From assembly GCA_964016885.1 (NCBI GenBank), contig OZ024742.1, positions 362,886,001-362,950,000 of the forward strand: a stretch of DNA of 64,000 nt, in the 5' to 3' direction. A program made the translations under genes and the position numbers. This document shows, piece after piece, positions 40,101 through 53,544 of the stretch. The stretch is from Eledone cirrhosa. Its lineage: Eukaryota. How positions within the stretch are numbered: the first letter of the stretch is position 1; each line of letters opens with the position of its first letter. A model generated the notes under the pieces. That model saw only the letters and a list, made by a program, of their open reading frames with translations. It did not search any database and was not told where the DNA came from.

Positions 40101-43100
40101 TATATTAGTAACATGACAAAGTCTATATTAGTAACATGCCAAAGTCTATATTAGTAACATGACAGTTTATATTAGTTACATGACAGTCTATATTAGTAAC
40201 ATGACAGTCTATATTAGTAACATGACAGTCTATATTAGTAACATGCCAAAGTCTATATTAGTAACATGACAGTCTATATTAGTAACATGCCAAAGTCTAT
40301 ATTAGTAACATGACAGTTTATATTAGTAACATGACAGTCTATATTAGTAACATGACAGTCTATATTAGTAACATGACAGTCTATATTAGTAACATGACAG
40401 TCTATATTAGTAACATGACAGTCTATATTAGTAACATGCCAAAGTCTATATTAGTAACATGACAGTTTATATTAGTAACATGACAGTCTATATTAGTAAC
40501 ATGACAGTCTATATTAGTAACATGACAGTCTATATTAGTAACATGACAGTCTATATTAGTAACATGACAGTCTATATTAGTAACATGCCAAAGTCTATAT
40601 TAGTAACATGACAGTCTATATTAGTAACATGACAAAGTCTATATTAGTAACATGACACAGTCTATAGTAGTAACATGACAGTGTATGTTAGTAGCATGCC
40701 AAAGTCTATATTAGTAACATGACAGTCTATATTATTAACATGACAGTCTATATTAGTAACAGGAGAGTCTATATTAGTAACATGACAAAGTCTATATTAG
40801 TAACATGAGAGTATATATTAACAAAATGACAAAGTCTATATTAGTAACATGACAGTCTATATTATTAACATGACAAAGTCTATATTAGTAACATGACAGT
40901 CTATATTAGTAACATGACAGTCTATATTAGTAACATGACAAAGACAACATTAGTAACATTACAAAGTCTATATCAGTAACATGACAGTCTATATTAGTAA
41001 CATGACAGTCTATATTAGTAACATGACAAAGTCTATATTAGTAACATGACAAAGTCTATATTAGTAACATGACAGTCTATATTAGTAACATGACAGTCTA
41101 TATTAGTAACATGACAAAGTCTATATTATTAACATGACAAAGTCTATATTAGTAACATGACAGTCTATATTAGTAACATGACAAAGTCTATATTAGTAAC
41201 ATGACAAAGTCTATATTAGTAACATGACAGTCTATATTAGTAACATGACAGTCTATATTAGTAACATGCCAAAGTCTATATTAGTAACATGACAGTATAT
41301 ATTAGTAACATGACAAAGTCTATATTAGTAACATGACAGTCTATATTAGTAACATGACAGTATATATTAGTAGCATGCCAAAGTCTATATTAGTAACATG
41401 ACACAGTATACATTAGTAGCATGACGTAGTCTATATTAGTAACATGACAGTCTATATTAGTAACATTACAGTCTATATTAGTAACATGACAGTCTATATT
41501 AGTAACATGACAAAGTCTATATTAGTAACATGACAGTCTACATTAGTAACATGACAGTCTATACTAGTAACATGACAAAGTCTATATTAGTAACATGACA
41601 AAGTCTATATTAGTAACATGATAGTCTATATTAGTAACATGACAGTCTATATTAGTAACATGACAAAGTCTATATTAGTAACATGACAAAGTCTATATTA
41701 GTAACATGACAAAGTCTATATTAGTAGCATGACAAAGTCTATATTAGTAACATGACAAAGTCTATATTAGTAACATGACAGTCTATATTAGTAACATGCC
41801 AAAGTCTATATTAGTAGCATGACAAAGTCTATATTAGTAACATGACAGTCTATATTAGTAACATGACAAAGTCTATATTAGTAACATGACAAAGTCGATA
41901 TTAGTAACATGACAGTCTATATTAGTAACATGACAGTCTATATTAGTAACATGACAAAGTCTATATTAGTAACATGACAAAGTCTATATTAGTAACATGC
42001 CAAAGTCTATATTAGTAGCATGACAAAGTCTATATTAGTAACATGCCAAAGTCTATATTAGTAACATGACACAGTCTATATTAGTAACATGACAGTCTAT
42101 ATTAGTAGCATGACAAAGTCTATATTAGTAACATGACAGTCTATATTAGTAACATGACAAAGTCTATATTAGTAACATGACAGTCTATATTAGTAACATG
42201 ACAGTCTATATTAGTAACATTACAAAGTCTATATTAGTAACATGACAGTATATATTAGTAACATGACAAAGTCTATATTAGTAACAAGACAAAGTCTATA
42301 TTAGTAACATGACAAAGTCTATATTAGTAACATGACACAGTCTATATTAGTAACATGACAGTCTATATTAGTAACATGACAAAGTCTATATTAGTAACAT
42401 GACACAGTCTATATTAGTAACATGACAAAGTCTATATTAGTAACATCACAGTCTATATTAGTAACATGACAAAGTCTATATTACTAACATGACAGTCTAT
42501 ATTAGTAACAGGACAACGTCTACATTAGTAACATGACATAGTCTATATTAGTAATATGACAGTCTATATTAGTAACATGACAGTCTATATTAGTAGCATG
42601 CCAAAGTCGATATTAGTTACATGACAGTCTATATTAGTAACATGACAAAGTCTATATTAGTAACATGACAGTCTATATTAGTAACATGACAAAGTCTATA
42701 TTAGTAACATGACAGTCTATATTAGTAACATGACAGTCTATATTAGTAACATTACAATGTCTATATTAGTAACATGACAGTATATATTAGTAACATGACA
42801 AAGTCTATATTAGTAACATGACAGTCTATATTAGTAACATGACAAAGTCTATATTAGTAACATGACAAAGTCTATATTAGTAACATGACAGTCTATATTA
42901 GTAACATGACAAAGTCTATATTAGTAACATGACACAGTCTATATTAGTAACATGACAAAGTCTATATTAGTAACATCACAGGCTATATTAGTAACATGAC
43001 AAAGTCTATATTAGTAACATGACTCAGTCTATATTAGTAGCATGACAAAGTCTATATTAGTAACATGACAGTCTATATTAGTAACAGGACAACGTCTACA

Positions 43101-46100
43101 TTAGTAACATGACATAGTCTTTATTAGTAACATGACAGTCTATATTAGTAGCATGCCAAAGTCGATATTAGTAACATGACAGTCTATATTAGTAACATGA
43201 CAAAGTCTATATTAGTAACATGACAGTCTATATTAGTAACATGACAAAGTCTATATTAGTAACATGACAAAGTCTATATTAGTAACATGACAGTCTATAT
43301 TAGTAACATGACAGTCTATATTAGTAACATGACAGTCTATATTAGTAACATGCCAAAGTCTATATTAGTAACATGACATAGTCTATATTAGTAACATGAC
43401 AGTCTATATTAGTAGCATGACATAGACTATATTAGTAGCAAGACAAAGTCTATATTAGTAACATGACAATGTCTATATTAGTAAAATGACAAAGTCTATA
43501 TTAGTAACATGACAGTCCATATTAGTAACATGACAGTCTATATTAGTAACATGGCAGTCTATATTAGTAACATGACAGTCTATATTAGTAACATGACAGT
43601 CCATATTAGTAACATGACATAGTCTATATTAGTAACATGACAAAGTCTATATTAGTAACATGACAAAGTCTATATTAGTAACATGACAGTATATATTAGT
43701 AACATGACAAAGTCTATATTAGTAACATGACAAAGTCTATATTAGTAACATGACAAAGTCTATATTAGTAACATGACAGTCTATATTAGTAACATGACAA
43801 AGTCTATATTAGTAACATGACAGTCTATATTAGTAACATGACAAAGTCTATATTAGTAACATGACAGTCTATATTAGTAGCATGACAAAGTCTATATTAG
43901 TAACATCACAGTCTATATTAGTAACATGACAGTCTATATTAGTAACATGACAGTCTATATTAGTAACATGACAAAGTCTATATTAGTAACATGACAGTCT
44001 ATATTAGTAACATTTACAAAGTGTATATTAGTAACATGACAGTCTATATTAGTAACATGACAAAGTCTATATTAGTAACATGACAGTCTATATTAGTAAC
44101 ATGACAAAGTCTATATTAGTAACATGACAGTCTATATTAGTAGCATGCCAAAGTCTATATTAGTAATATGACAAAGTCTATATTAGTAACATGACAAAGT
44201 CTATATTAGTAAGATGACAAAGTCTATATTAGTAACATGACAGTCTATATCAGTAACATGACATAGTCTATATTAGTAACATGACAAAGTCTATATTAGT
44301 AACATGATAAAGTCTATATTAGTAACATGACAGTATATATTAGTAACATGACAAAGTCTATATTAGTAACATGATACAGTCTATACTCGTAACATGACAA
44401 AGTCTATATTAGTAACATGACAAAGTCTATATTAATAACATGACAAAGTTTATATTAGTAACATGACAAAGTCTATATTAGTAACATGACAAAGTCTATA
44501 TTAGTAACATGACAAAGTCTATATTAGTAACATGACAGTCTATATTAGTAACATGATAAAGTCTATATTAGTAACATGACAGTCTATATTAGTAACATGA
44601 CAAAGTCTATATTAGTAACATGACAGTCTATATTAGTAACATGACAAAGTCTATATTAGTAACATGACAGTCTATATTAGTAACATGACAAAGTCTATAT
44701 TAGTAACATGACAGTCTATATTAGTAACATGACAAAGTCTATATTAGTAACATGCCAAAGTCTATATTAGTAACATGACATAGTCTATATTAGTAACATG
44801 ACAGTCTATATTAGTAGCATGACATAGACTATATTAGTAGCAAGACAAAGTCTATATTAGTAACATGACAATGTCTATATTAGTAAAATGACAAAGTCTA
44901 TATTAGTAACATGACAGTCTATATTAGTAACATGACAGTCTATATTAGTAACATGACAGTCTATATTAGTAACATGACAGTCTATATTAGTAACATGACA
45001 GTCTATATTAGTAACATGACATAGTCTATATTAGTAACATGACAAAGTCTATATTCGTAACATGACAAAGTCTATATTAGTAACATGACAGTATATATTA
45101 GTAACATGACAAAGTGTATATTAGTAACATGATACAGTCTATACTAGTAACATGACAAAGTCTATATTAGTAACATGACAAAGTTTATATTAGTAACATG
45201 ACAAAGTCTATATTAGTAACATGACAAAGTTTATATTAGTAACATGACAAAGTCTATATTAGTAACATGACAGTCTATATAAGTAACATGACAAAGTCTA
45301 TATTAGTAACATGACAGTCTATATTAGTAGCATGACAAAGTCTATATTAGTAACATCGCAGTCTATATTAGTAACATGACAGTATATATTAGTAACATGA
45401 CAGTCTATATTAGTAACATGACAAAGTCTATATTAGTAACATGACAGTCTATATTAGTTACATTTACAAAGTCTATATTAGTAACATGACAGTCTATATT
45501 AGTAACATGACAAAGTCTATATTAGTAACATGACAGTCTTTATTAGTAACATGACAAAGTCTATATTAGTAACATGACAGTCTATATTAGTAGCATGCCA
45601 AAGACTATATTAGTAACATGACAAAGTCTATATTAGTAACGTGACAAAGTCTATATTAGTAAGATGACAAAGTCTATATTAGTAACATGACAGTCTATAT
45701 CAGTAACATGACATAGTCTATATTAGTAACATGACAAAGTCTATATTAGTAACATGATAAAGTCTATATTAGTAACATGACAGTATATATTAGTAACATG
45801 ACAAAGTCTATATTAGTAACATGATACAGTCTATACTAGTAACATGACAAAGTCTATATTAGTAACATGACAAAGTCTATATTAATAACATGACAAAGTT
45901 TATATTAGTAACATGACAAAGTCTATATTAGTAACATGACAAAGTCTATATTAGTAACATGACAAAGTCTATATTAGTAACATGACAAAGACTATATTAG
46001 TAACATGACAAAGTCTATATTAGTAACATGACAGTCTATATTAGTAACATGACAAAGTCTATATTAGTAACATGACACAGTCTATATTAGTAACATGACA

Positions 46101-48532
46101 GTCTATATTAGTAACATGACAGTCTATATTAGTAACATGACAAAGTCTATATTATTAACATGACAAAGTCTATATTAGTAACATGACAGTCTATATTAGT
46201 AACATGACAAAGTCTATATTAGTAACATGACAGTATATATTAGTAACGTGACAAAGTCTATATTAGTAACATGACAGTCTATATTAGTAGCATGCCAAAG
46301 TCTATATTAGTAGCATGCCAAAGTCTATATTAGTAACATGACAGTCTATATTAGTAACATGACAGTCTATATTATTAGCATGACAAAGTCTATATTAGTA
46401 ACATGACAGTCTATATTATTAGCATGACACAGTCTATATTAGTAACATGACAAAGTCTATATTAGTAACATGACACAGTCTATATTAGTAGCATGACAAA
46501 GTCTATATTAGTAACATGCCAAAGTCTATATTAGTAACATGACACAGTCTATATTAGTAACATGCCAGTCTATATTAGTAACATGACAGCCTATATTAGT
46601 AACATGACAAAGTCTATATTAGAGCATGACTAAGTCTATATTAGTAACATGACAGTCTATATTAGTAGCATGACACAGTCTATATTAGTAACATAACAGT
46701 CTATACTAGTAACATGACACAGTCTATATTAGTAACATGACAGTCTATATTAGTAACATGACAAAGTCTATATTAGTAACATGACAGAGTCTATATTAGT
46801 AGCATGACAAAGTCTATATTAGTAACATGACAGTCTATACTAGTAACATGACACAGTCTATATTAGTAACATGACAGTCTATATTAGTAACCTGACAAAG
46901 TCTATATTAGTAACATGACAGAGTCTATATTAGTAGCAGGACAGCTTATACTATTAACAGGAAAGTCTATATTAGTAAAATGAGAGTATATATTAGTAAC
47001 ACTCAAAGTCTATATTAGTAACATGACAGTCTATATTAGTTACATGACAAAGTCTATATTAGTAACATGACAGTCTATATTAGTAACATGAGAGTATATA
47101 TTAGTAACATGACAGTCTGTATTAGTAACATGACAGTCTATATTAGTAACATGACAGTCTATATTAGTAACATGACACATTCTATATTAGTAAAATGACA
47201 GTCTATATTAGTAACATGACAAAGTCTATATTAGTAACATGACAGTATATATTAGTAACATGACAAAGTCTATATTAGTAACATGACAAAGTCTATATTA
47301 GTAACATGACAGTCTATGTTAGTAACATGACAAAGTCTATATTAGTAACATGACACAGTCTATATTAGTAACATGACAAAGTCTATATTAGTGACATGAC
47401 AGTCTATATTAGTAACATGACACATTCTATATTAGTAACATGACAAACTCTATATTAGTGACATGACAGTCTATATTAGTAACATGACACAGTCTATATT
47501 AGTAACATGACAAAGTCTATATTAGTAACATGACAAAGTCTATATTAGTAACATGACAAAGTCTATATTAGTAACTTGACAAAGTCTATATTAGTAGCAT
47601 GACAAAGTCTATATTAGTAACATGACAAAGTCTATGTTAGTAACATGACAGTCTATATTAGTAACATGACAAAGTCTATATTAGTAACATGACAGTCTAT
47701 ATTAGTAACATGACAAAGTCTATATTAGTAACATGACAGTCTATATTAGTAACATGACAGTCTATATTAGTAACATGACAAAGTCTATATTAGTAACATG
47801 ACAAAGTCTTTACTAGTAACATGATAAAGTCTCTATTAGTAACATGACAAAGTCTATATTAGTAACACCAGTCTATATTAGTAACATGACAAAGTCTATA
47901 TTAGTAACATGACAAAGTCTATATTAGTAACATGACAAAGTCTATATTAGTAGCATGACAAAGTCTATATTAGTAACATGACAATCTATATTAGTAACAT
48001 GACAGTCTATATTAGTAACATGATAAAGTCTATATTAGTAACATGACAAAGTCTATATTAGTAACATGATAAAGTCTATATTAGTAACATGACAAAGTCT
48101 ATATTAGTAACATGACAGTCTATATTAGTAACATGACAGTCTATATTAGTAACATGACAAAGTCTATATTAGTAACATGACACAGTCTATATTAGTAGCA
48201 TGAGAAAGTCTATATTAGTAGCATGACAAAGTCTATATTAGTAACATGACAAATTCTATATTAGTAACATGACAGTCTATATTAGTAACATGACAAAGTC
48301 TATATTAGTAACACCAGTCTATATTAGTAACATGACAAAGTCTATATTAGTCATATGACAAAGTCTATATTAGTAACACCAGTCTATATTAGTAACACCA
48401 GTCTATATTAGTAACATGACAAAGTCTATATTAGTAACACCAGTCTATATTAGTAACATGACAGTCTATATTAGTAACATGACAAAGTCTATATTAGTCA
48501 CTTGACAAAGTCTATATTAGTAACATGACAAA
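25110..48532. repeat. 21/23-bp satellite (AGTCTATATTAGTAACATGAC, with or without AA/AC/AG/AT), ~23.4 kb, ~1000+ monomers
   Basis: Continuous tandem array with higher-order duplications, including a 6030-bp period. Confidence 0.98.
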
Positions 48533-48975
48533 GGCTGTTTCGTTAGTCGACCTCGTCTGTTGTGTAGTTTCTCCCTTTTCTTCTTGTGCTGCTTCTTTTG
48601 GTTTACAATATCAATGTTGCCATCATGGATTATCTTCCGCTATATTGGTCATCGGCATAATTCCTCCAGCAGTCCTTATAGCTCAAGAGAGGGTGTCCTA
48701 CATGTCGAACATCATCCTCAAATTCACCCGAAAGAAGTTTCTTTATAGATCTACAATCGTTCATGCGGACGACATGACCAACCCATCTGAGTCTATTCCT
48801 TATGAGGATAGTTACATTTCGGGAGTCTATGCAGGTTTCAATACCTGTGACAAAGTGATTTCATTTGATGTTGAGAATGAACGTAATGTGCCGTTGCTGA
48901 ACTGTTTTTAACTATCTTATGTGTTAATGATGGAGAGTCCACGTCTCATACAAGAGAGGAGTCACACGTTGGTTA
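48533..48975 (-). mobile_element. RTE (BovB-like) LINE C-terminal fragment
   Basis: Minus strand reads RLRWVGHVVRMNDCRSIKKLLSGEF...GHPLLSYKDC, then after a frameshift ...RRGRLTKQPLSC, running into the satellite. Confidence 0.8.
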
Positions 48976-49432
48976 TAAACTTTGCGTTTAGTCTCAGATG
49001 TCAGTTCCCTGTATTCAAAGACTCTCACTCTTAGTTTACATACAGTACAAGAGGCAGTTGTTCTCATATCGGGTTACACACTTGAATACTACCGCAAGTG
49101 AGAGATGGCCGCTGACCTGCCTACACCACTGTCACCATAGTAAAATAGGTCAACTGGACCAAAACACCCCTAGTTACAGATATTATGACTGACTGTTAAA
49201 ATCAACTATGGCAAGCTGACTTGCTTTAAAGAGAACTGACCTGTTGGGATCGTTACTGACCAATGAAAAGAAAGTACACACTTCCGATGCTAGAGTTCAT
49301 TCATTTTAGTTTATATGCCGACAAATCTTCAGATTAACAACACCACTTTCAGGATCTAGGTATATCAACGAATTAACAAGTTAAACCTTATTCTACTATT
49401 ATGTTTCACTGTTTTTTCTGTTCAAGCTCTAC

Positions 49433-49489
49433 CTGCCTGATGATGTCTTAACTGTTGAATTATGGTTATCACCGGAATATATATTGCAG
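49433..49489 (+). ncRNA. Degenerate hammerhead at a PLE-like 3' end
   Basis: ctgc-CTGATGA-...-GGAA-TATATA-TT-gcag, with AATAAA about 10 nt later. Confidence 0.45.
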
Positions 49490-49541
49490 CGAATATGAAT
49501 AAACGAAGTTAATTTTAGCCTGTTGACTTGCACTTCTTGTT

Positions 49542-49577
<36 letters not shown>

Positions 49578-49585
49578 ATATAAAT

Positions 49586-49732
49586 GAGATTCTACAGGAT
49601 AGAACTGTTTCATTCTTTAGAAATGAAACAGTTCTAGTCCTGTAGAATCTCATCTATATTAAAACTTTTATACTCTGCTATGTATTGACTGCCTTACTTA
49701 CTGTGGTTACCTCCGATTCAACCCGGAATAAC

Positions 49733-49735
<3 letters not shown>
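49586..49735 (+). mobile_element. Family C end with short fold-back
   Basis: Hairpin 49586-49652 inside the hammerhead 3' half. The tail matches 18420-18492. Confidence 0.7.
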
Positions 49736-49795
<60 letters not shown>

Positions 49796-49798
<3 letters not shown>

Positions 49799-51337
49799 GA
49801 GGAGGGAGGTTATAGAATAGGTAAATCGAATGAGAGTAGGAGACAATAAAAGATAATAGAAATAAATAAAAAAAATATATAAAATTAGATAGTGAATAAA
49901 TGAATAAAATAAAAAAATAAAAAATCACAAAGCTATCTTACAATCACAGGTTAATAAGTTGAGGATAGAAAAAACTTGTAGAAATTGAGTAGTACCAGAA
50001 CTGATACAGAATTAAAGGGGTTTTACACGTCTGCTATAAGTAGTTAGTTAAGCGTATTCGGTCAATTCTATCTTAAAATTACAGGGGTGGGGGAACTGAT
50101 GCTACAGAGGCCCGATGGGCTGCATCGGGGTAGGCAAAGGGAAAAAGCAGACGAGGAAGAAAATGGGGGGTGGAAGGAAGTGATAGAATGGGACAGGGGG
50201 AAGAAGAAGACAAAGAGGAAAAGAAAAGAGATACATCTACCTAAGTAAGCTGGGGTTTCCTCTAACTTAATCGGCAAGTAGGGGGTATCAGCCCTTGTCT
50301 ACCCACCCGGGTTGTTATGGGGTTTGAGGGCGAGGTAAGTCCTACGCAATCTGTGTTTGCATGCGGTTACCAGTTCGTCTTTCTTGTTTAGGAGTTGGTC
50401 CTTCGAAAACAGCATTTGTAATGTTTCCTCCGAGCGTGAATTAGCTTTGGACAGTAAGCTCCAACTGAGATTGTAGGTTATATTATTACTAAACCCCTAT
50501 GGAAGAAATAACTTAGACATCAGCGGAGAGCCGACCAGGAGGTGTAATTGCCCTGATAGATCTACGTGCCCCCTCAACAACAAATGCCGAGAACGTAACG
50601 TGATCTACCAGTGCAACGTGAGGACGGACACATCTAACAGCGCTTATATAGGATTAACCGCGTGTGACTTCAAGACACGGCTCTACCAACATCGACATAC
50701 TTTCCGAAACCTGTCCGGTGACATGCCACTACACTTTCGGGCCTCATCTGGGACCTCCAAGATAATAATATAACCTACAATCTAACTTGGAGCTTACTGT
50801 CCAAAGCTAACTCTTACACGGGAGGACGCCGTTCGTGTAACTTATGCTCGGAGGAAACATTACAAATGCTGTTTTCGAAGGACCAACTCCTAAACAAGAA
50901 AGAGGAACTGGTAAGCGCACTAAACACAGATTCATTTCTCACTATCTAATTTTATATATTTTTTATTTATTTCTATTATCTTTTATTGTCTCCTACTCTC
51001 ATTCGATTTCCCTATTCTATAACCTCCCTCATCCAATTCGTACCTTAACCTTAGAATCTGCTTCTTACATATCTCTTTCAACGCTTGACCGCTCCACCTA
51101 CTCCTCTATTGTTCTACAGGCAAGTTCAGCCACCCCTACCTCCTACCAAATGCCATGATAGACTTATTTGTGTTTACAACAAATTTTAACCAATTCTCTT
51201 GACAACTACAATCTTCCCATATAAGGAAGTACCTCCTTGAAAAGTTCGGCTATTTATTCACCAGGCTAAAAATTCTAATTTTATCCAGAAATAGCCGCCG
51301 AGACGGCTTGAGCTCTGCCGTTGGGCTCCTACTTTTT

Positions 51338-51342
<5 letters not shown>
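49796..51342. mobile_element. Penelope-like element 3' part in inverted configuration
   Basis: 49796-50487 on the minus strand and 50488-51342 on the plus strand. Ends in the family E sequence. Confidence 0.85.
50536..50935 (+). pseudogene. PLE GIY-YIG endonuclease (frameshifted)
   Basis: RCNCPDRSTCPLNNKCRERNVIYQCNV...AYIGLTACDFKTRLYQHRHTF / HATTLSGLIWDL...WSLLSKA...CNLCSEE...LLNKKEEL. Confidence 0.9.
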
Positions 51343-51407
<65 letters not shown>

Positions 51408-51900
51408 GTGTAATGAATTCTTTTACAATCAAATTAGCTCAAAGAAAGAAATATTTCTGAGCCGTGTATAAACTAATATATATGATGAAACACAAATACC
51501 AACATATCTGTATTTATATTGCAAAAGAAAATTTAGCCAGAATGAAGTATACTAATTATAATATTACAGTTTGTCCATATCGATTTAAAATAATAAATCA
51601 ACAAAGACGAACTGTATTGCCAAATGGCCATGATGTTTAGACACATTTAAATTTCAAAATCAAACCTGTTCCGTAGATAAGTTTAAACTTTAAAATCTAA
51701 ATATGTTTCGAGATGAAAAAGTGTAAGGAATATCATGTCCTGCTCTCTTCAGTAAACATCCAGGGACAAATTGATATGCTTCACTTCTAAATAATTTAAA
51801 AGACTGTGTAACGCACATGGTTCACAGTTTCTAGCTAAATTTTCTTTTGCAATATAAATACAGATATGTTGGTATTTGTGTTGTGTTTCATCATATATAT

Positions 51901-51975
<75 letters not shown>

Positions 51976-51978
<3 letters not shown>

Positions 51979-52755
51979 CGTTGCTTCACCATCTTTGTTT
52001 GTTTACACTCTCGTGTCCCCTTTATTTACGTGTCCCAACGACTTTTTTTAGCCGTTGCTCGCACCAACCGGAGGTATATGATCTTTAAAGCGATGAAATA
52101 CCAATGATGGTTGGAAGATCACTGATGAAGACTGACTTTATTCATATGTAACCCATTAGCAACCACGTAGCACGTTTATTCTCATATTTACACATATTGT
52201 TTCCCCCGCTGTGACCCGTCTATTTCGTTCTTACTTCTTCCTCTTTCTCTGTATCTTTACCCTCTCTAACAGTCACTCTCTCTGTTAGCCTCTTCCTCAC
52301 CCTTCACTCACTCACTCTCTGTTACTACCTCTCCTCCTCCTCCTTCTTCCCGTTTGACCTGTGCGTAATTCTTTTCTTTCGCACCCTTGGTCAGGAAGGT
52401 CGCTTTTTCTCTCTCTCTCTCGTCTACGATTTCACAGACTAGATCCCTTCTTCCTCTCGTTAGACCTGTACGGAATTCCTTCCTTGCTCACATTCCAACC
52501 AGGTTTGATGGTCATAATTCTCTCTCGTTCACGATTTCACCGAATTTATATTCATGGAAATTTGGGACTTGACTCCTTCTTCCTCACTTTTCGTTGCTTC
52601 ACCATCTTTGTTTGTTTACACTCTCGTGTCCACTTTATTTACGTGTCCCAACGACTTTTTTTAGCCGTTGCTCGCACCACCGGAGGTATATGGTCTTTAA
52701 AGCGATGAAATACCAATGATGGTTGGAAGATCACTGATGAAGGACTAACTTTATT

Positions 52756-52759
<4 letters not shown>
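51976..52759. mobile_element. (TA)n-flanked insert with ~170-bp direct terminal repeats (pseudo-LTR-like)
   Basis: 51976-52146 is repeated at 52589-52759, period about 612. Confidence 0.7.
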
Positions 52760-52806
<47 letters not shown>

Positions 52807-52923
52807 GTGTGTACGTGTGAGCGTGTGTCAATATCTGTGATGCGCTTTACTTCCCGTAAATTAGCGTTTTGATTAAAGAGAGATCAATAAAGTAAACCCT
52901 AGTTTTGAAAGATATACTAGGGT

Positions 52924-53064
52924 CAATATGGCTGACTAAATACCTTCAATATGGTTGACTAAATCCCTTCAATATGGCTGACTAAATCGCTTCAATATGG
53001 CTGACTAAAACCCTTCAATATGGCTGACTAAAACCCTTCTATATGGCTGACTAAATCTCTTCAA
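52924..53064 (+). repeat. 23-bp minisatellite x6 within a degenerate SINE tail
   Basis: Unit caatatggctgactaaa(t/a)ccctt. The flanks resemble a SINE 3' end (...ttcaaggc...taatgactgaaa). Confidence 0.85.
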
Positions 53065-53544
53065 GGCCTCTCCCCGGCATCGCTGTAGTTTAATGACTGA
53101 AATAGATAAATGGAGAGATTATATATTTAATTTGTTGATGTATCTGCTTACGTTCGGCATTTTTCGGTAACTAGTTCAGTTTGTCTATTTATGTAGAGGA
53201 CATAACACCGGTTTTACTATCACATTTCCAATTTCCGGGTTTTCTAAAATAAGTAGAGGTCATGTGCACTGAGAAAAGTTCAATAGACCGGACATTTCCG
53301 GTATAGATTTATGACTTGTTGAAGGAAGTTGTTAGACTTCCCTCTGCTTCAAACTGAAGGAATTGCACGCGAGATTAACGTACCATTGACTGTGCTTTCT
53401 ACATACATCTGCACGTTTGAGAACATTCTCAGAGAGATCCAGCATGACTCAGTTTGTAAGCAGAGTGGTCGGTTGAATCACATCAGATGACCCTCCAAAC
53501 AATTTCCGTCTTCCCAATTTCACACACTATATTTGGTTCCAGAG

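Noticed and set aside
25110-48532. CRISPR-like regular repeat, or a repeat-protein ORF (25917-26132)
   Set aside because: Monomers are contiguous with no unique spacers and there are no cas genes. The ORF is a chance run of 21-mers.
48525-48911. 128-aa plus-strand ORF
   Set aside because: It is the antisense shadow of the minus-strand RTE fragment.
51231-51285. Another TTGAAAA core candidate
   Set aside because: GAAA reads TAAA and stem I cannot form.
52085-52140. Possible type II hammerhead (gaaatacca...tggt...ctgatga)
   Set aside because: No UH cleavage site or stem I in register.
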